In this document: positions 25,621-35,237 of the stretch, in pieces
Position numbering within the stretch: position 1 is the stretch's first letter
How the letters are laid out: each line of letters starts with the position of its first letter
Source: Peptococcaceae bacterium
Lineage (GTDB): Bacteria > Bacillota > Desulfitobacteriia > Desulfitobacteriales > Syntrophobotulaceae
Assembly (NCBI GenBank): GCA_012524045.1
Contig: JAAYSI010000016.1
Location: 697-64,696 of the forward strand
DNA: 64,000 bases
Direction of reading: 5' to 3'
The notes under the pieces: model-generated
The model's input: only the letters and a program-made list of their open reading frames with translations
Databases searched by the model: none
What the model was told of the DNA's origin: nothing
Position numbers and translations under genes: made by a program

Positions 25621-26457
25621 TTAATTCTGTTCAAGCAATGGATTATACATCATAATAGCATGATTTTCTGTTACCAATTCATCTGAAATCAGATTGCCCA
25701 AATGATCCAAAACTCTGCGTCTTATAACATTATGGCGCGTGTAACCGCCCCACCATTCTTGTTTTATCAGGTGTTCACTTTCATAGATTTCATATTCATT
25801 GGGACATGGTTGTTCACAGCGCCACTCCCCTTCTAAATCCTGATCTCCTACTTTGACTTTAAGTTGGTAGATGTAAGGAGTATCATTTCTGATTTGTAAA
25901 TCGATGTAATTATAGACAACCGTTGCTCCACTCCCAAAGGGCTGTGTGCGGTTAGCATCGGGAAATATATCATGGGTGTGTCGCCAACGTTCCGTTACAG
26001 TTAAAGGGGTGTGAAGGGTCAGCCAATAAATAAGGTTGGAGAGCTGGCAAAGACCGCCGCCCACCCCGGCGGTAAATGTGCCGTTGGTAAGAACCATTCC
26101 GTCCAAATAACCCTTTGCTTTTGTTGGCTTACCAACCAAACGCCAAAAGGAAAAAGTTTCTCCTGGATTTAGAATTAGTCCATTGAGTCTGGCACAGGCC
26201 AACTTTAAGTTGGTCACTTTGTTTTCCTGTAGCCACATGTCAACATTACGAAGCTGTCTATATAACGGCGTCCTATGAAGTGCCACCGGATAAGGGAGAT
26301 CTGTGAATTGGAAACCGGATGCGAATTTAATTGAACGATTGAACGTCCATTGCAAATAGCGCCGGCACCTAAAATACAATTTTCCTAAAAACAAACGGGC
26401 TTGCGAACGCGGAACCGGCTTCCGCTGCTGAATATGATAATTCAAAGCCAGAATCAC
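25621..26457 (-). CDS. VanW-family protein
   Basis: ..GETFSFW..VG..T...GY.....L.NG......GGGLCQLSN.IY..... is the VanW core. 278 aa. Confidence 0.75.
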   Translation of the reverse strand: MILALNYHIQQRKPVPRSQARLFLGKLYFRCRRYLQWTFNRSIKFASGFQFTDLPYPVALHRTPLYRQLRNVDMWLQENKVTNLKLACARLNGLILNPGETFSFWRLVGKPTKAKGYLDGMVLTNGTFTAGVGGGLCQLSNLIYWLTLHTPLTVTERWRHTHDIFPDANRTQPFGSGATVVYNYIDLQIRNDTPYIYQLKVKVGDQDLEGEWRCEQPCPNEYEIYESEHLIKQEWWGGYTRHNVIRRRVLDHLGNLISDELVTENHAIMMYNPLLEQN

Positions 26458-26470
26458 CTCTCTTCAAGCC

Positions 26471-26995
26471 TCAATAATAGAACCATTTCGTCGGCAGTAA
26501 AAATGTCCAAGGCATAGTGACAAGGGCAATTGTAATTGCAACTTTTAACCTTAAACTTTTTTCTTTAATTTGCTCTTTAAAAGTAATTTTGTAATTAAGT
26601 ACAAATATTATTGCTGCCGCGACCAGCATGGCCAAACAGATCAGAATAACAGCCACCGGATTGCTAAATGGATCATAATTTATTGCTGAAATCAGATCGT
26701 AGGGCAACCCGTAAGAATCTCCTAAGATCCCCAAAATAAATAATATCGCAGCACCGGCGATATCAGCTAAAAAGCCAAATAGCCAAACTTTTACAATACA
26801 TGCCTTATAAAACTCTTTAAAATTTTTTTGTTCGACAGCCAGCTTAAATAAGAAAAAGCAAGCTAGTAGTACTAGAGAATCGATAATAAAATTACCTAGA
26901 AGAGTTACTAGAATAACCGGCGGGAAAAATAACAAAAACCAGATGGGAAATATTACATTATATAGCTTGAGTTGTTTAGTTTCTTTAAGTTTCAT
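26471..26995 (-). CDS. Hypothetical polytopic membrane protein (about 4 TM)
   Basis: 174-aa hydrophobic ORF packed tightly between nrdG (19-nt gap) and the VanW gene (13-nt gap). I recognise no family. Confidence 0.5.
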   Translation of the reverse strand: MKLKETKQLKLYNVIFPIWFLLFFPPVILVTLLGNFIIDSLVLLACFFLFKLAVEQKNFKEFYKACIVKVWLFGFLADIAGAAILFILGILGDSYGLPYDLISAINYDPFSNPVAVILICLAMLVAAAIIFVLNYKITFKEQIKEKSLRLKVAITIALVTMPWTFLLPTKWFYY

Positions 26996-27014
26996 TTCCT
27001 TGCTCCTTTATATA

Positions 27015-27719
27015 TCAGTGTAAACCTCGCACTTTACAGTTTAATTTCTCGCCAATCTCCTTTAACCAGGCATCCGGATAAGCTTCATATTCCTTCCGAT
27101 CCAACACACCATCGGGGGGCTGACGGAATTGCTGAAGTATCCAATTGGTGTCTAGGCCTAAGTATTTACGAATTGACTCTAAATCCTCGAAGGTATGCCA
27201 AACAGGTAATACAGTGGTCCGAAACTCATAAGGGATATTGCTCTCTTTGATCCACTCTATGGTCCCTACAACCTTTTCCCAGCTATTTTTAAGCCCGGTC
27301 AGTTCAGCATATTTTTCCGGAATTGCTTTGATATCCATTGCGATATAGTCCAAATAAGGCGCTACTTCCTGAAGCTTAGCCAGATTACTGCCATTGGTAT
27401 CAAGCTTAATTTTAAATTCTGCTTTATTTTCCCTTTCCCTCTTAATCTCTTTTATTTTTTTAACCAAAGGAAGTAGTTCCGACGACAATAGGGGTTCACC
27501 GCCTGTTAGACAAACCCCATCGAGTAAGCCTTTTCTGGTCTGCAAAAAATCAATAACCCCCTGAATATTGGAAGGAGAAGTCTGAGACTTCTCCTTTATA
27601 TCGACTAAGGCGGGATTGTGGCAGTAGCCACAACGAAAATTGCATCCACCGAAGAAGACCGTCGCTACTATATGGCCCGGATAATCCACCATGGAAAAAG
27701 GTTCTAATGCTACTATCAT
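27015..27719 (-). CDS. nrdG: Anaerobic ribonucleoside-triphosphate reductase activating protein
   Basis: DYPGHIVATVFFGGCNFRCGYCHNP radical SAM activase motif, in position after nrdD. Confidence 0.85.
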   Translation of the reverse strand: MIVALEPFSMVDYPGHIVATVFFGGCNFRCGYCHNPALVDIKEKSQTSPSNIQGVIDFLQTRKGLLDGVCLTGGEPLLSSELLPLVKKIKEIKRERENKAEFKIKLDTNGSNLAKLQEVAPYLDYIAMDIKAIPEKYAELTGLKNSWEKVVGTIEWIKESNIPYEFRTTVLPVWHTFEDLESIRKYLGLDTNWILQQFRQPPDGVLDRKEYEAYPDAWLKEIGEKLNCKVRGLH

Positions 27720-27777
27720 AATCTATTCACCACCAAATTCAGCATTTACCGGACTCCAATTTCTAGGACTCAAAAAT

Positions 27778-27803
27778 TAGAAACATCTGTTAGAAACATC
27801 TGT
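27778..27803. repeat. Perfect 13-bp tandem duplication (tagaaacatctgt x2)
   Basis: Read directly from the nrdD-nrdG intergenic spacer. Confidence 0.9.
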
Positions 27804-27834
27804 TTAAAAATAACTGTTAAAAGCAGCATAACGC

Positions 27835-29958
27835 TTACTTTGCTACTCCGTCAAACAAACTAGGGGTTATACCTGCAATTTTATACTTAACCGTTTCTCT
27901 CTTTTCTTCTTGTTTGCCGGGATTCATAGCGGAGATTGGTCTATAGAAGCCCGTTACCCTAGTCATCACCAAAGTATCTTTGCCGCAGGTCGGGCAGCTA
28001 AAATGTTCACCTTTAATGTATTTATGGTCTTCGCAAACACTGAACGTCGGAGTCAGGGTAAAATACGGCAATTCAAAGTTTTCGAAAATCCGCCGCACAA
28101 CGGCTTTAGCTACTGCCAGATCTTCCAAACTCTCAGCCAGGTAACCGTGTAACACAGTGCCGCCGGTATAGAGGACTTGCAGCTCATCCTGAAGTTCCAC
28201 AGCGCGGAAAAGATCGCTGGTAAAGCCGACCGGTAGATGAGTGGAGTTAGTATAATAAGGTTCCTGCTCTCCGGCTGTAATAATATCGGGATATTGTTTT
28301 TTGTTTAACCTTGCCAGACGATAGCTTGTCCCCTCGGCCGGGGTAGCTTCCAAGTTGTACAAATCCCCATCTTCCTGCTGAAATTCTTGGATTTTGTTTC
28401 GCATATAGTTCAGGGTTTCCTTGGCAAAGCTCTGGCCAAATACAGTGGTGATATCATCACTGTCCGAGGTGAAGTTACGGATTGCTTCATTCATACCTAC
28501 TAAGCCAATTGTGGAAAAATGGTTGCTCCAATACTTACCGAAACGCTTCTTAATATCACGTAAATAAAACTTCGTATAAGGATATAAACCGCTGTCTGTG
28601 AGCCGTTCCAAAGTTTTCCGTTTGGTCTGTAAAGAAGCCCGGGCAACATTCATATGGTGGTCAACCAAAGCCAGATACTGCTCCCAATTACCCTTAGCCA
28701 GATAACCATACAGAGGAAGATTTAAGGTTACCACCCCTATGCTTCCGGTTAAAGGATTGGCTCCAAACAAACCGCCACCGCGTTTTTTCAGTTCCCTATT
28801 ATCTAGACGCAAGCGGCAGCACATACTTCTGGCATCCTCGGGATTCATATCAGAATTTATAAAGTTAGCAAAGTAAGGAATACCGTATTTATCGGTCATT
28901 TTGAAAATGGCGTTAGCAACTTCGCTGTCCCACTGAAAACTCTTTGTAATGTTATAGGTGGGGATTGGAAAACTAAAAATATTCCCATCGGCATCCCCTT
29001 CCAGCATTACCTCACAGAAAGCTAGATTGATTAAATCCATCTCGGCCTGGTAATCGCGATAAGGGGTGTCGAGAAACTCACCGTTTACAATAGCCGGCTC
29101 ATCTTTGATCGATGATTCTTCGGCACTTACATCCAGGGTAATATTAAAAAACGGGGACTGGAAGCCGACCCTGGTCGGTACATTGACGTTAAAAATAAAT
29201 TCCTGAATGCCCTGCTTAACTTGTTTATAATCGAGCTTGTCCGCTCTGACGAAAGGTGCCAGATAAGTGTCAAAACTGGCAAGAGCCTGCGCCCCGGCAG
29301 CTTCTCCTTGCAGCGTATACACAAAGTTAACAATTTGGCCTAAAGCCGAGCGAAAATGTTTAGCCGGTTTGGAGGTGGTTTTTCCTTCTGCCCCGCGAAA
29401 ACCTACCAATAAAAGGTCTTTAAGATCCCAGCCTACACAATAAGGGGCAAGATCTCCCATATCGTGATTGTGGATAGCCCCGGAATCATGGGCTTTCCCC
29501 ACCTCTTCTGGTAGAATGGATTGCCAAAAAGCGTTAGTGGCCTTACTGGTAACAAACCGGTTTAGGCCCTGCACCGAAAAGCCCATATTAGAATTCTCTT
29601 TTATTTCCCAAGTGCCTAAACCTAAATACTCCTTGAAAAGATTATTAGTATAGGTTTGAGCTTTTTCTTGATTCCGAATGATCTCATGCTGGAAGCGGTA
29701 ACGTATGTAAGCTCTGGCAACATTGGTATTGCCTGTTTTCATTAGGACTTCTTCCACTTTGTCCTGGATTTTTTCAATATCAAATCCCTCATTCATTCCA
29801 TAGCTTTGCTTTAGCTCAGCTACTACCCGATCGCAGACTATCTTGGACCATTCGGCTACATTGGATGTTTCGGTAGCGATAAAGGCTTTTTCTACCGCTC
29901 TATAAATTTTTTCCGGATTAAATACTTCCCTGCGGCCATCTCTCTTTATGACGTACAT
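27835..29958 (-). CDS. nrdD: Anaerobic ribonucleoside-triphosphate reductase (class III)
   Basis: N-terminal ATP-cone (MYVIKRDGRREVFNPEKI). C-terminal Zn ribbon CPTCG and glycyl-radical motif RVTGFYRP. 707 aa. Confidence 0.92.
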   Translation of the reverse strand: MYVIKRDGRREVFNPEKIYRAVEKAFIATETSNVAEWSKIVCDRVVAELKQSYGMNEGFDIEKIQDKVEEVLMKTGNTNVARAYIRYRFQHEIIRNQEKAQTYTNNLFKEYLGLGTWEIKENSNMGFSVQGLNRFVTSKATNAFWQSILPEEVGKAHDSGAIHNHDMGDLAPYCVGWDLKDLLLVGFRGAEGKTTSKPAKHFRSALGQIVNFVYTLQGEAAGAQALASFDTYLAPFVRADKLDYKQVKQGIQEFIFNVNVPTRVGFQSPFFNITLDVSAEESSIKDEPAIVNGEFLDTPYRDYQAEMDLINLAFCEVMLEGDADGNIFSFPIPTYNITKSFQWDSEVANAIFKMTDKYGIPYFANFINSDMNPEDARSMCCRLRLDNRELKKRGGGLFGANPLTGSIGVVTLNLPLYGYLAKGNWEQYLALVDHHMNVARASLQTKRKTLERLTDSGLYPYTKFYLRDIKKRFGKYWSNHFSTIGLVGMNEAIRNFTSDSDDITTVFGQSFAKETLNYMRNKIQEFQQEDGDLYNLEATPAEGTSYRLARLNKKQYPDIITAGEQEPYYTNSTHLPVGFTSDLFRAVELQDELQVLYTGGTVLHGYLAESLEDLAVAKAVVRRIFENFELPYFTLTPTFSVCEDHKYIKGEHFSCPTCGKDTLVMTRVTGFYRPISAMNPGKQEEKRETVKYKIAGITPSLFDGVAK

Positions 29959-30004
29959 TAAAGACTCCTCCTAGGTATTTATATTTTTCATCATCAGCGA
30001 CTAT

Positions 30005-30463
30005 TTATTGGCGGCGCTTGACCAGTTCCTCCAGTTCCTCCATAAATTTCTGGATATCTTTAAACTGCCTGTAAACCGAAGCAAAGCGGATATAAGCAAT
30101 CTCATCAGTTTCAAACAATTTATTAATAACAGCCTCACCAATCATTTCGCTCGGAACTTCCCTCTCATTGGTATCCAGCAGTTGTCGCTCTATATCAGAG
30201 ACGATAGTTTCTAATTGCTCGGTAGATACCGGTCGTTTTTCGCAAGCTTTACTTAACCCGGACATTAGTTTTTGCCGAGAGAAAGGTTCCCTTCTGCCGT
30301 CTTTTTTAATGACAATAAGTTGAAAATCTTCATATCTCTCATAGGTAGTAAAACGTTTGACACAGGAATCACATTCCCTCCGGCGTCTAATAGCTGTTCC
30401 ACCTTCAATCTGGCGAGAATCAAGTACCCTGGTTTCATCACTGCGACAGAATGGGCAACGCAT
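30005..30463 (-). CDS. nrdR: Transcriptional repressor NrdR
   Basis: MRCPFCRSDETRVLDSR..CDSC..RFTTYE zinc ribbon plus an ATP-cone. 152 aa. Confidence 0.92.
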   Translation of the reverse strand: MRCPFCRSDETRVLDSRQIEGGTAIRRRRECDSCVKRFTTYERYEDFQLIVIKKDGRREPFSRQKLMSGLSKACEKRPVSTEQLETIVSDIERQLLDTNEREVPSEMIGEAVINKLFETDEIAYIRFASVYRQFKDIQKFMEELEELVKRRQ

Positions 30464-30504
30464 TTTGATCCTCTCCTTTCTACATCTTGTATATAATTAT
30501 TTTA

Positions 30505-30524
30505 ACAGTACTATATATAGTGGT
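30505..30524 (-). promoter_or_regulatory. Candidate NrdR box upstream of nrdR-nrdD-nrdG
   Basis: The minus-strand sequence ccACTATATATAGTac matches 13 of 16 positions of the published NrdR-box palindrome acaCwAtATaTwGtgt. It lies 42-60 nt upstream of the nrdR start. Confidence 0.5.
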
Positions 30525-30668
30525 CAATCATCAGCTGTAAATTAGTCAAATTCAGTACTTTAGTCCTATTGGGTAATGGTAAAATATTCCTCACATTCTA
30601 GAGCCAAACAGCATATTTAATTAATGTAATATTTTACCAACTAATTAACACCTCAGGAGGTAATATCT

Positions 30669-31268
30669 ATGGTGCAAAATCAAACCTCCCATCTTTTACA
30701 AAAGGCTGCCCCGATTATTATGAGGGAGCTTGGTCCTAGAATAGAACCTTTAATTGCTGAAAAATTAATTACACCGCTTATCCAAAAGGTAGGCCCGCCA
30801 ATCGCCAAAAGGATAGCTTACCCTCTGGCGCGTAGAGCAGGTATGGCTCTTTTCAATAAAGTAGGTTTTCCTTTGCTAAATCAATTGTTTGAGCCGGATA
30901 GCGCTAGCGTTCAACCAAACGAAAATGCTCTACCCGGCGAAAATAAACTTAGCAAATTTAAAATTGGAAAAACTAAAGGAAACGGAAAAAGCCTTAAAAA
31001 TATCTTTCGAAGCAGAAAAAACAAGACTAAAAGCTTACAAACTCCAGCGCCGGATCAAGCAGTTCCCCAAGCCCCAAATCCACTCCTAAATCAAACATCC
31101 CTTCCCAACCAAACACCAATTCCTAACCAACAGTTTACCCAGATTTCTCCGGAAACTTCCGTTCCCCCGGTCAACCCGCTTCCCAATGACAGTCTGGGAC
31201 TCTTCAACGAAAATCAGGCTTTTCTTCCAAACTATAATACAGCTTTACCCTGGCGAAGAAGACAGTAG
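30669..31268 (+). CDS. Hypothetical protein with a Pro-punctuated amphipathic N-terminus and a Pro/Asn/Gln-rich C-terminus
   Basis: AGGAGG lies upstream of the ATG. 199 aa. N-terminal iterations (..PIIMRELGPRIEPLIAEKLITPLIQKVGPPIAKRIAYPLARR..). I recognise no family. Confidence 0.5.
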   Translation: MVQNQTSHLLQKAAPIIMRELGPRIEPLIAEKLITPLIQKVGPPIAKRIAYPLARRAGMALFNKVGFPLLNQLFEPDSASVQPNENALPGENKLSKFKIGKTKGNGKSLKNIFRSRKNKTKSLQTPAPDQAVPQAPNPLLNQTSLPNQTPIPNQQFTQISPETSVPPVNPLPNDSLGLFNENQAFLPNYNTALPWRRRQ

Positions 31269-31280
31269 GCATTTAAAATA

Positions 31281-31328
31281 CTCCCCTAAAGACAGCTTCT
31301 TTTTGGCCAAAAGCTGCTTTTAGGGGAG
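31281..31328. terminator. Long hairpin between convergent genes (probable bidirectional terminator)
   Basis: ctcccctaaa..tttaggggag perfect 10-bp outer stem plus the inner stem cagctt/aagctg. Confidence 0.55.
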
Positions 31329-31349
31329 TAAACAACAAATCTTTAAGAT

Positions 31350-34300
31350 CTATCTAGAACCATTCGTGAGTGTAAAGATTTTAGCTTGCGGGTGGGAAAA
31401 AACCAACGCTGAAACCGAAGCTTCCGGTTCCATCATAAAGTTTTCTGTCAAATTTAGCCCTATCTCTTCCGGCTTTAGCAGTCGGAAGATTTTTTGTTGG
31501 TCCTCTATTTGCGGGCAAATTGCGTAGCCGGGCGAAACTCTGATTCCTTGGTAACGGCGTTTCCGTAAGTCAGTTGCCGTTAAAGCAGGAGCATCCGTCA
31601 AGCCCCACATTTTACGCATTAGGGCATGAAGCTCTTCAGCAAAGGCCTCGGCAAATTCCAGCGCCAGAACCTGAAGCAAATAAGACTTTAGGTATTCCCC
31701 TTCGTCCCGCAGTTGCTTGGCTTGTTCAGCCACTTGTTGACCGGTGGTCAGTACAAATATCCCCAGATAATCCTGGAACTGCTGCGAGCGCGGTCGGATA
31801 TAATCAGCCAAGCATAAGCCATTTGGCTTTTGCTGCCGGGGGAAAGTGAATTCTTCCAAAACGGTAGACTGACTGTCGGCGTCAATTACCAAAATACTAT
31901 TTCCTTCGGAGTAAGCCGGGTAAAAAGCATACACGCCATGGGCTTTAATCAGCTTCTTTTGGATAATTTCAGCGAGATAGTCCTGAACGAATAACCGAAA
32001 CTCTTTTTCTTTAGCCTGATAAGATTGCCCGCCCAAATATCTCCGCAAAATCAACGGTAAATCAAGATAAGCACTAAGCTTTTGCAACGGATAATCTAGA
32101 AGCAGCTGCCTAGCCAAAGTTTTAGGCCGGTAAACGGGATGTTCCCAACTTACTCCAGTGCTCGGAGTAGATACTTCTTTTTGCTTATTAGCTTTTTGCT
32201 GAGCACTGCTAACATCATCATCCAAAGCCTTAACCTGGGCGGGAGCTGTTCTTTGTTCATTTGATCCAGTCCTAGTCTTAGTTGCCATTAAATCATTGAG
32301 CAAACTAAGACCCTCCAGCGCATCTCGGGCATAAAGTACCGGTCCGGCATAAACAGGGGCTATTCTTTCCTCTGTAAATTTCCTGGTCAAAGCAGCACCG
32401 CCTAAAATAAGCGGGGTATTTATACCTGATTCTTGAAGATCCTGAGCAGTAAGACGCATTTGTTGGACAGATTTTACCAATAAACCGGACAAACCGATTA
32501 CATCCGGCTTCTCAGCTTTACTTGCGCTAATTAACCGGTCGGAATCAACTTTAACTCCTAAATCAACCACCTTATAACCGTTATTGCTTAGGATAATCTC
32601 CACCAAATTCTTGCCGATGTCGTGCACATCACCTTTTACGGTGGCCAGTAAGACCTTCCCTCTTGTGACTTGATCCGCTTTGGTCATATATTTTTCCAAA
32701 AAACTTACCGCAGCCTTCATCACTTCAGCGCTTTGTAACACTTCAGCTACGATTAATTTATTTTGGTTAAAAAGACTACCTACCCGGTCCATGCCTTCCA
32801 GCAAAGGTCCGTTGATAATTTCCAGCGGAGAATAACGGCTTAAAGCTTCCTGGAGATCTTCTTCCAAACCCTTTCGGGATCCCTCTACAATATAGCTGCT
32901 AAGACGTTCTTCCAAAGGGAGAGTTTGCTCATCCGAGCCGGTCAGGGCTGTAGGCTTCTTTTCTCTATAAAAATCGATAAAGTCTTTCAAGGCTTGCTCG
33001 CCGGTATTTAGCAGCAAATCTTCAGCAAGCTTTTTCTCCTTTTCCGGAATCGTAGCGTATCTTACCAACTTCTCGGCGTTCACGATAGCATAATCCAACC
33101 CGGCCAAGGTATTCAAATAGACAAAAACTGCATTTAGCACTTCCCGACCGGCAGCGGGTAAACCGAAAGATACATTGCTGATCCCTAATATGGTTTTGCA
33201 TTCCGGAAACCTATTTTTAATTAGCCGTAAACCTTCGATAGTTTCCACAGCCGAACCAAGGTATTTTTTATCCCCGGTTCCCACCGGAAAGGTCAACGGA
33301 TCGAAAATTATATCAACCGGAGCCAGGCCGTATTCTTTGACGAGCAAATCGTAACAGCGTTCAGCCACTTCCAATTTACGCTGCCTGGTCAAAGCCATAC
33401 CCTGTTCATCAATTAACCCGACCACAACTGCCGCCCCGTACTTTTTAACCAAGGGGACTACCTTCTCGAAGCGTTCGATGCCGTTTTCAAGGTTTATCGA
33501 GTTGATGATAGCTTTACCTTGACAAAAACGCAGTCCGGCTTCAATAACCTCCGCATCCATCGAATCCAACATTAGCGGAGCTTTGACTTTTTTGAGCACA
33601 TAGGGTAGAAAGGTCTCCATATCTTCCAATTCATTACGATCCGGGTTAGAAACACAAATATCAATAATCTGAGCGCCTTTTTTAACTTGAGTTTTAGCAA
33701 TCTCCGAAGCTTCTTCTAACTGTCCCGTTGAGATTAACTCTTTAAACTTGCGGGAACCGATCACATTAGTACGCTCTCCAACCAATAGCGGCCGATTATC
33801 TTCCTCCGGCCAAACAACTTCAATTCCGGATACACAGCTCCTTTCCGTTATGGTAGCCTGCCGTGGCCGGCAGTTCTTAAGAGCCTCGGCTAAGGCCGCA
33901 ATATGTCTATCCGTAGTACCGCAGCAGCCGCCCGCTATATTTAACCAGCCATTTTGAGCAAACTTTAGCATTTTCCGAGCAAATTCTTCCGGAGCCTCCC
34001 TATAGATCCCGTCTTCGTCAGGCAAGCCGGCATTGGGATAACAGCTGATTGCACAAGTTGCTATCTCATTTAAAGTACGCAGATGATCATTCATCAATTC
34101 CGCGCCTGTTCCACAATTCAAGCCGACAGCTAGCGGCTTTAGATGTTTTATGGAAATATAAAAAGCTTCAATACTCTGACCGGCAAGCATAGTTCCGGAC
34201 GGCTCGATAGTGCAAGACAGAATAAGCGGCACTTTTTTGTTTGTCTCCGCCAATGCCCGTCTAATACCGATACAGGCCGCTTTAGCGTTCAGCGTATCTT

Positions 34301-34787
34301 GGCAAGTCTCAATTAAGAACAAATCCACTCCGCCTTCTAAAAGCCCCAGCGCTTGCCGATAATAAGCCTGTTCCAGTTCTTCAAAGCTAATACCTGTGCT
34401 TAGGGTTAGCATTTTGGTGGTCGGTCCGATTGAGCCGGCCACAAAACGCGGTTTAGTGGGCTCCGACCATCTGGCTGCTGCCTGACGGGCAAGATTTGCA
34501 GCAAGTTTATTCAGTTCAATATCCTTTTCCTCCAGCTCATATTCCCTTAAAACTACGGAACTGGCTCCAAAAGAATTAGTTTCAATAATATCGGCTCCGG
34601 CTCGCAGATAAGATTCATGAATTTGCGTAACCAGGTCCGGACGAGTTAGATTTAAGATTTCATTACATCCTTCATATTTTGCTCCACCAAAATCCTCAGC
34701 CGTAAGTCCTTTTTGCTGAAGCATTGTCCCCATTGCCCCGTCGAGAATCAGGATTTTTTCAGCCAACTGCCCGTTTAACAATGTCAT
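31350..34787 (-). CDS. metH: Cobalamin-dependent methionine synthase
   Basis: 1145 aa: Hcy S-methyltransferase domain, pterin-binding domain, B12-binding domain (DVHDIGKN) and a C-terminal activation domain. Confidence 0.92.
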   Translation of the reverse strand: MTLLNGQLAEKILILDGAMGTMLQQKGLTAEDFGGAKYEGCNEILNLTRPDLVTQIHESYLRAGADIIETNSFGASSVVLREYELEEKDIELNKLAANLARQAAARWSEPTKPRFVAGSIGPTTKMLTLSTGISFEELEQAYYRQALGLLEGGVDLFLIETCQDTLNAKAACIGIRRALAETNKKVPLILSCTIEPSGTMLAGQSIEAFYISIKHLKPLAVGLNCGTGAELMNDHLRTLNEIATCAISCYPNAGLPDEDGIYREAPEEFARKMLKFAQNGWLNIAGGCCGTTDRHIAALAEALKNCRPRQATITERSCVSGIEVVWPEEDNRPLLVGERTNVIGSRKFKELISTGQLEEASEIAKTQVKKGAQIIDICVSNPDRNELEDMETFLPYVLKKVKAPLMLDSMDAEVIEAGLRFCQGKAIINSINLENGIERFEKVVPLVKKYGAAVVVGLIDEQGMALTRQRKLEVAERCYDLLVKEYGLAPVDIIFDPLTFPVGTGDKKYLGSAVETIEGLRLIKNRFPECKTILGISNVSFGLPAAGREVLNAVFVYLNTLAGLDYAIVNAEKLVRYATIPEKEKKLAEDLLLNTGEQALKDFIDFYREKKPTALTGSDEQTLPLEERLSSYIVEGSRKGLEEDLQEALSRYSPLEIINGPLLEGMDRVGSLFNQNKLIVAEVLQSAEVMKAAVSFLEKYMTKADQVTRGKVLLATVKGDVHDIGKNLVEIILSNNGYKVVDLGVKVDSDRLISASKAEKPDVIGLSGLLVKSVQQMRLTAQDLQESGINTPLILGGAALTRKFTEERIAPVYAGPVLYARDALEGLSLLNDLMATKTRTGSNEQRTAPAQVKALDDDVSSAQQKANKQKEVSTPSTGVSWEHPVYRPKTLARQLLLDYPLQKLSAYLDLPLILRRYLGGQSYQAKEKEFRLFVQDYLAEIIQKKLIKAHGVYAFYPAYSEGNSILVIDADSQSTVLEEFTFPRQQKPNGLCLADYIRPRSQQFQDYLGIFVLTTGQQVAEQAKQLRDEGEYLKSYLLQVLALEFAEAFAEELHALMRKMWGLTDAPALTATDLRKRRYQGIRVSPGYAICPQIEDQQKIFRLLKPEEIGLNLTENFMMEPEASVSALVFSHPQAKIFTLTNGSR

Positions 34788-34789
34788 GT

Positions 34790-35101
34790 TTATTGCTCCT
34801 TATCATCCAATTTAGCTTGTAAAGAAGTTAGTTTGGATTCCATCGTTGCTTTTTTATCCCTTCTGTCATCTATTTTAATAGTTGTAATTACCCTTTCAGC
34901 ACCGGCTGCAAACACCGCCTCCTGCATTTCACGGATGGCCTTCATTACTTCATCCAAATCTCCCTCTAAAGTGGTAAACATCGGCCCAACCTGTCTCTGA
35001 ATCCCCGGTCGGTCAAGGATTACTTTTTCTGCTGCCGCTACATATTTGCTGACACTTGTCCCTACACCGAGCGGTACCATATTTACAGCTACAATTGCCA
35101 T
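34790..35101 (-). CDS. MTH1187/YkoF-family (DUF77) thiamine-binding-like protein
   Basis: 103 aa. MAIVAVNMVPLGVGTSVSKYVA...GPMFTTLEGDLDEV is the family pattern. Its stop lies 2 nt upstream of the metH start. Confidence 0.7.
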   Translation of the reverse strand: MAIVAVNMVPLGVGTSVSKYVAAAEKVILDRPGIQRQVGPMFTTLEGDLDEVMKAIREMQEAVFAAGAERVITTIKIDDRRDKKATMESKLTSLQAKLDDKEQ

Positions 35102-35237
35102 TTCCGGTCACTCCTTTAAAATTTTATTAGCGATTTTATGTTAAATTTTAATACTTTAAAACTTTATATAATTAAAGTATTATTATAATTTAGATATGCT
35201 TACTATACTTGCTATGCTTGTTTGTAGGCATTACAGT

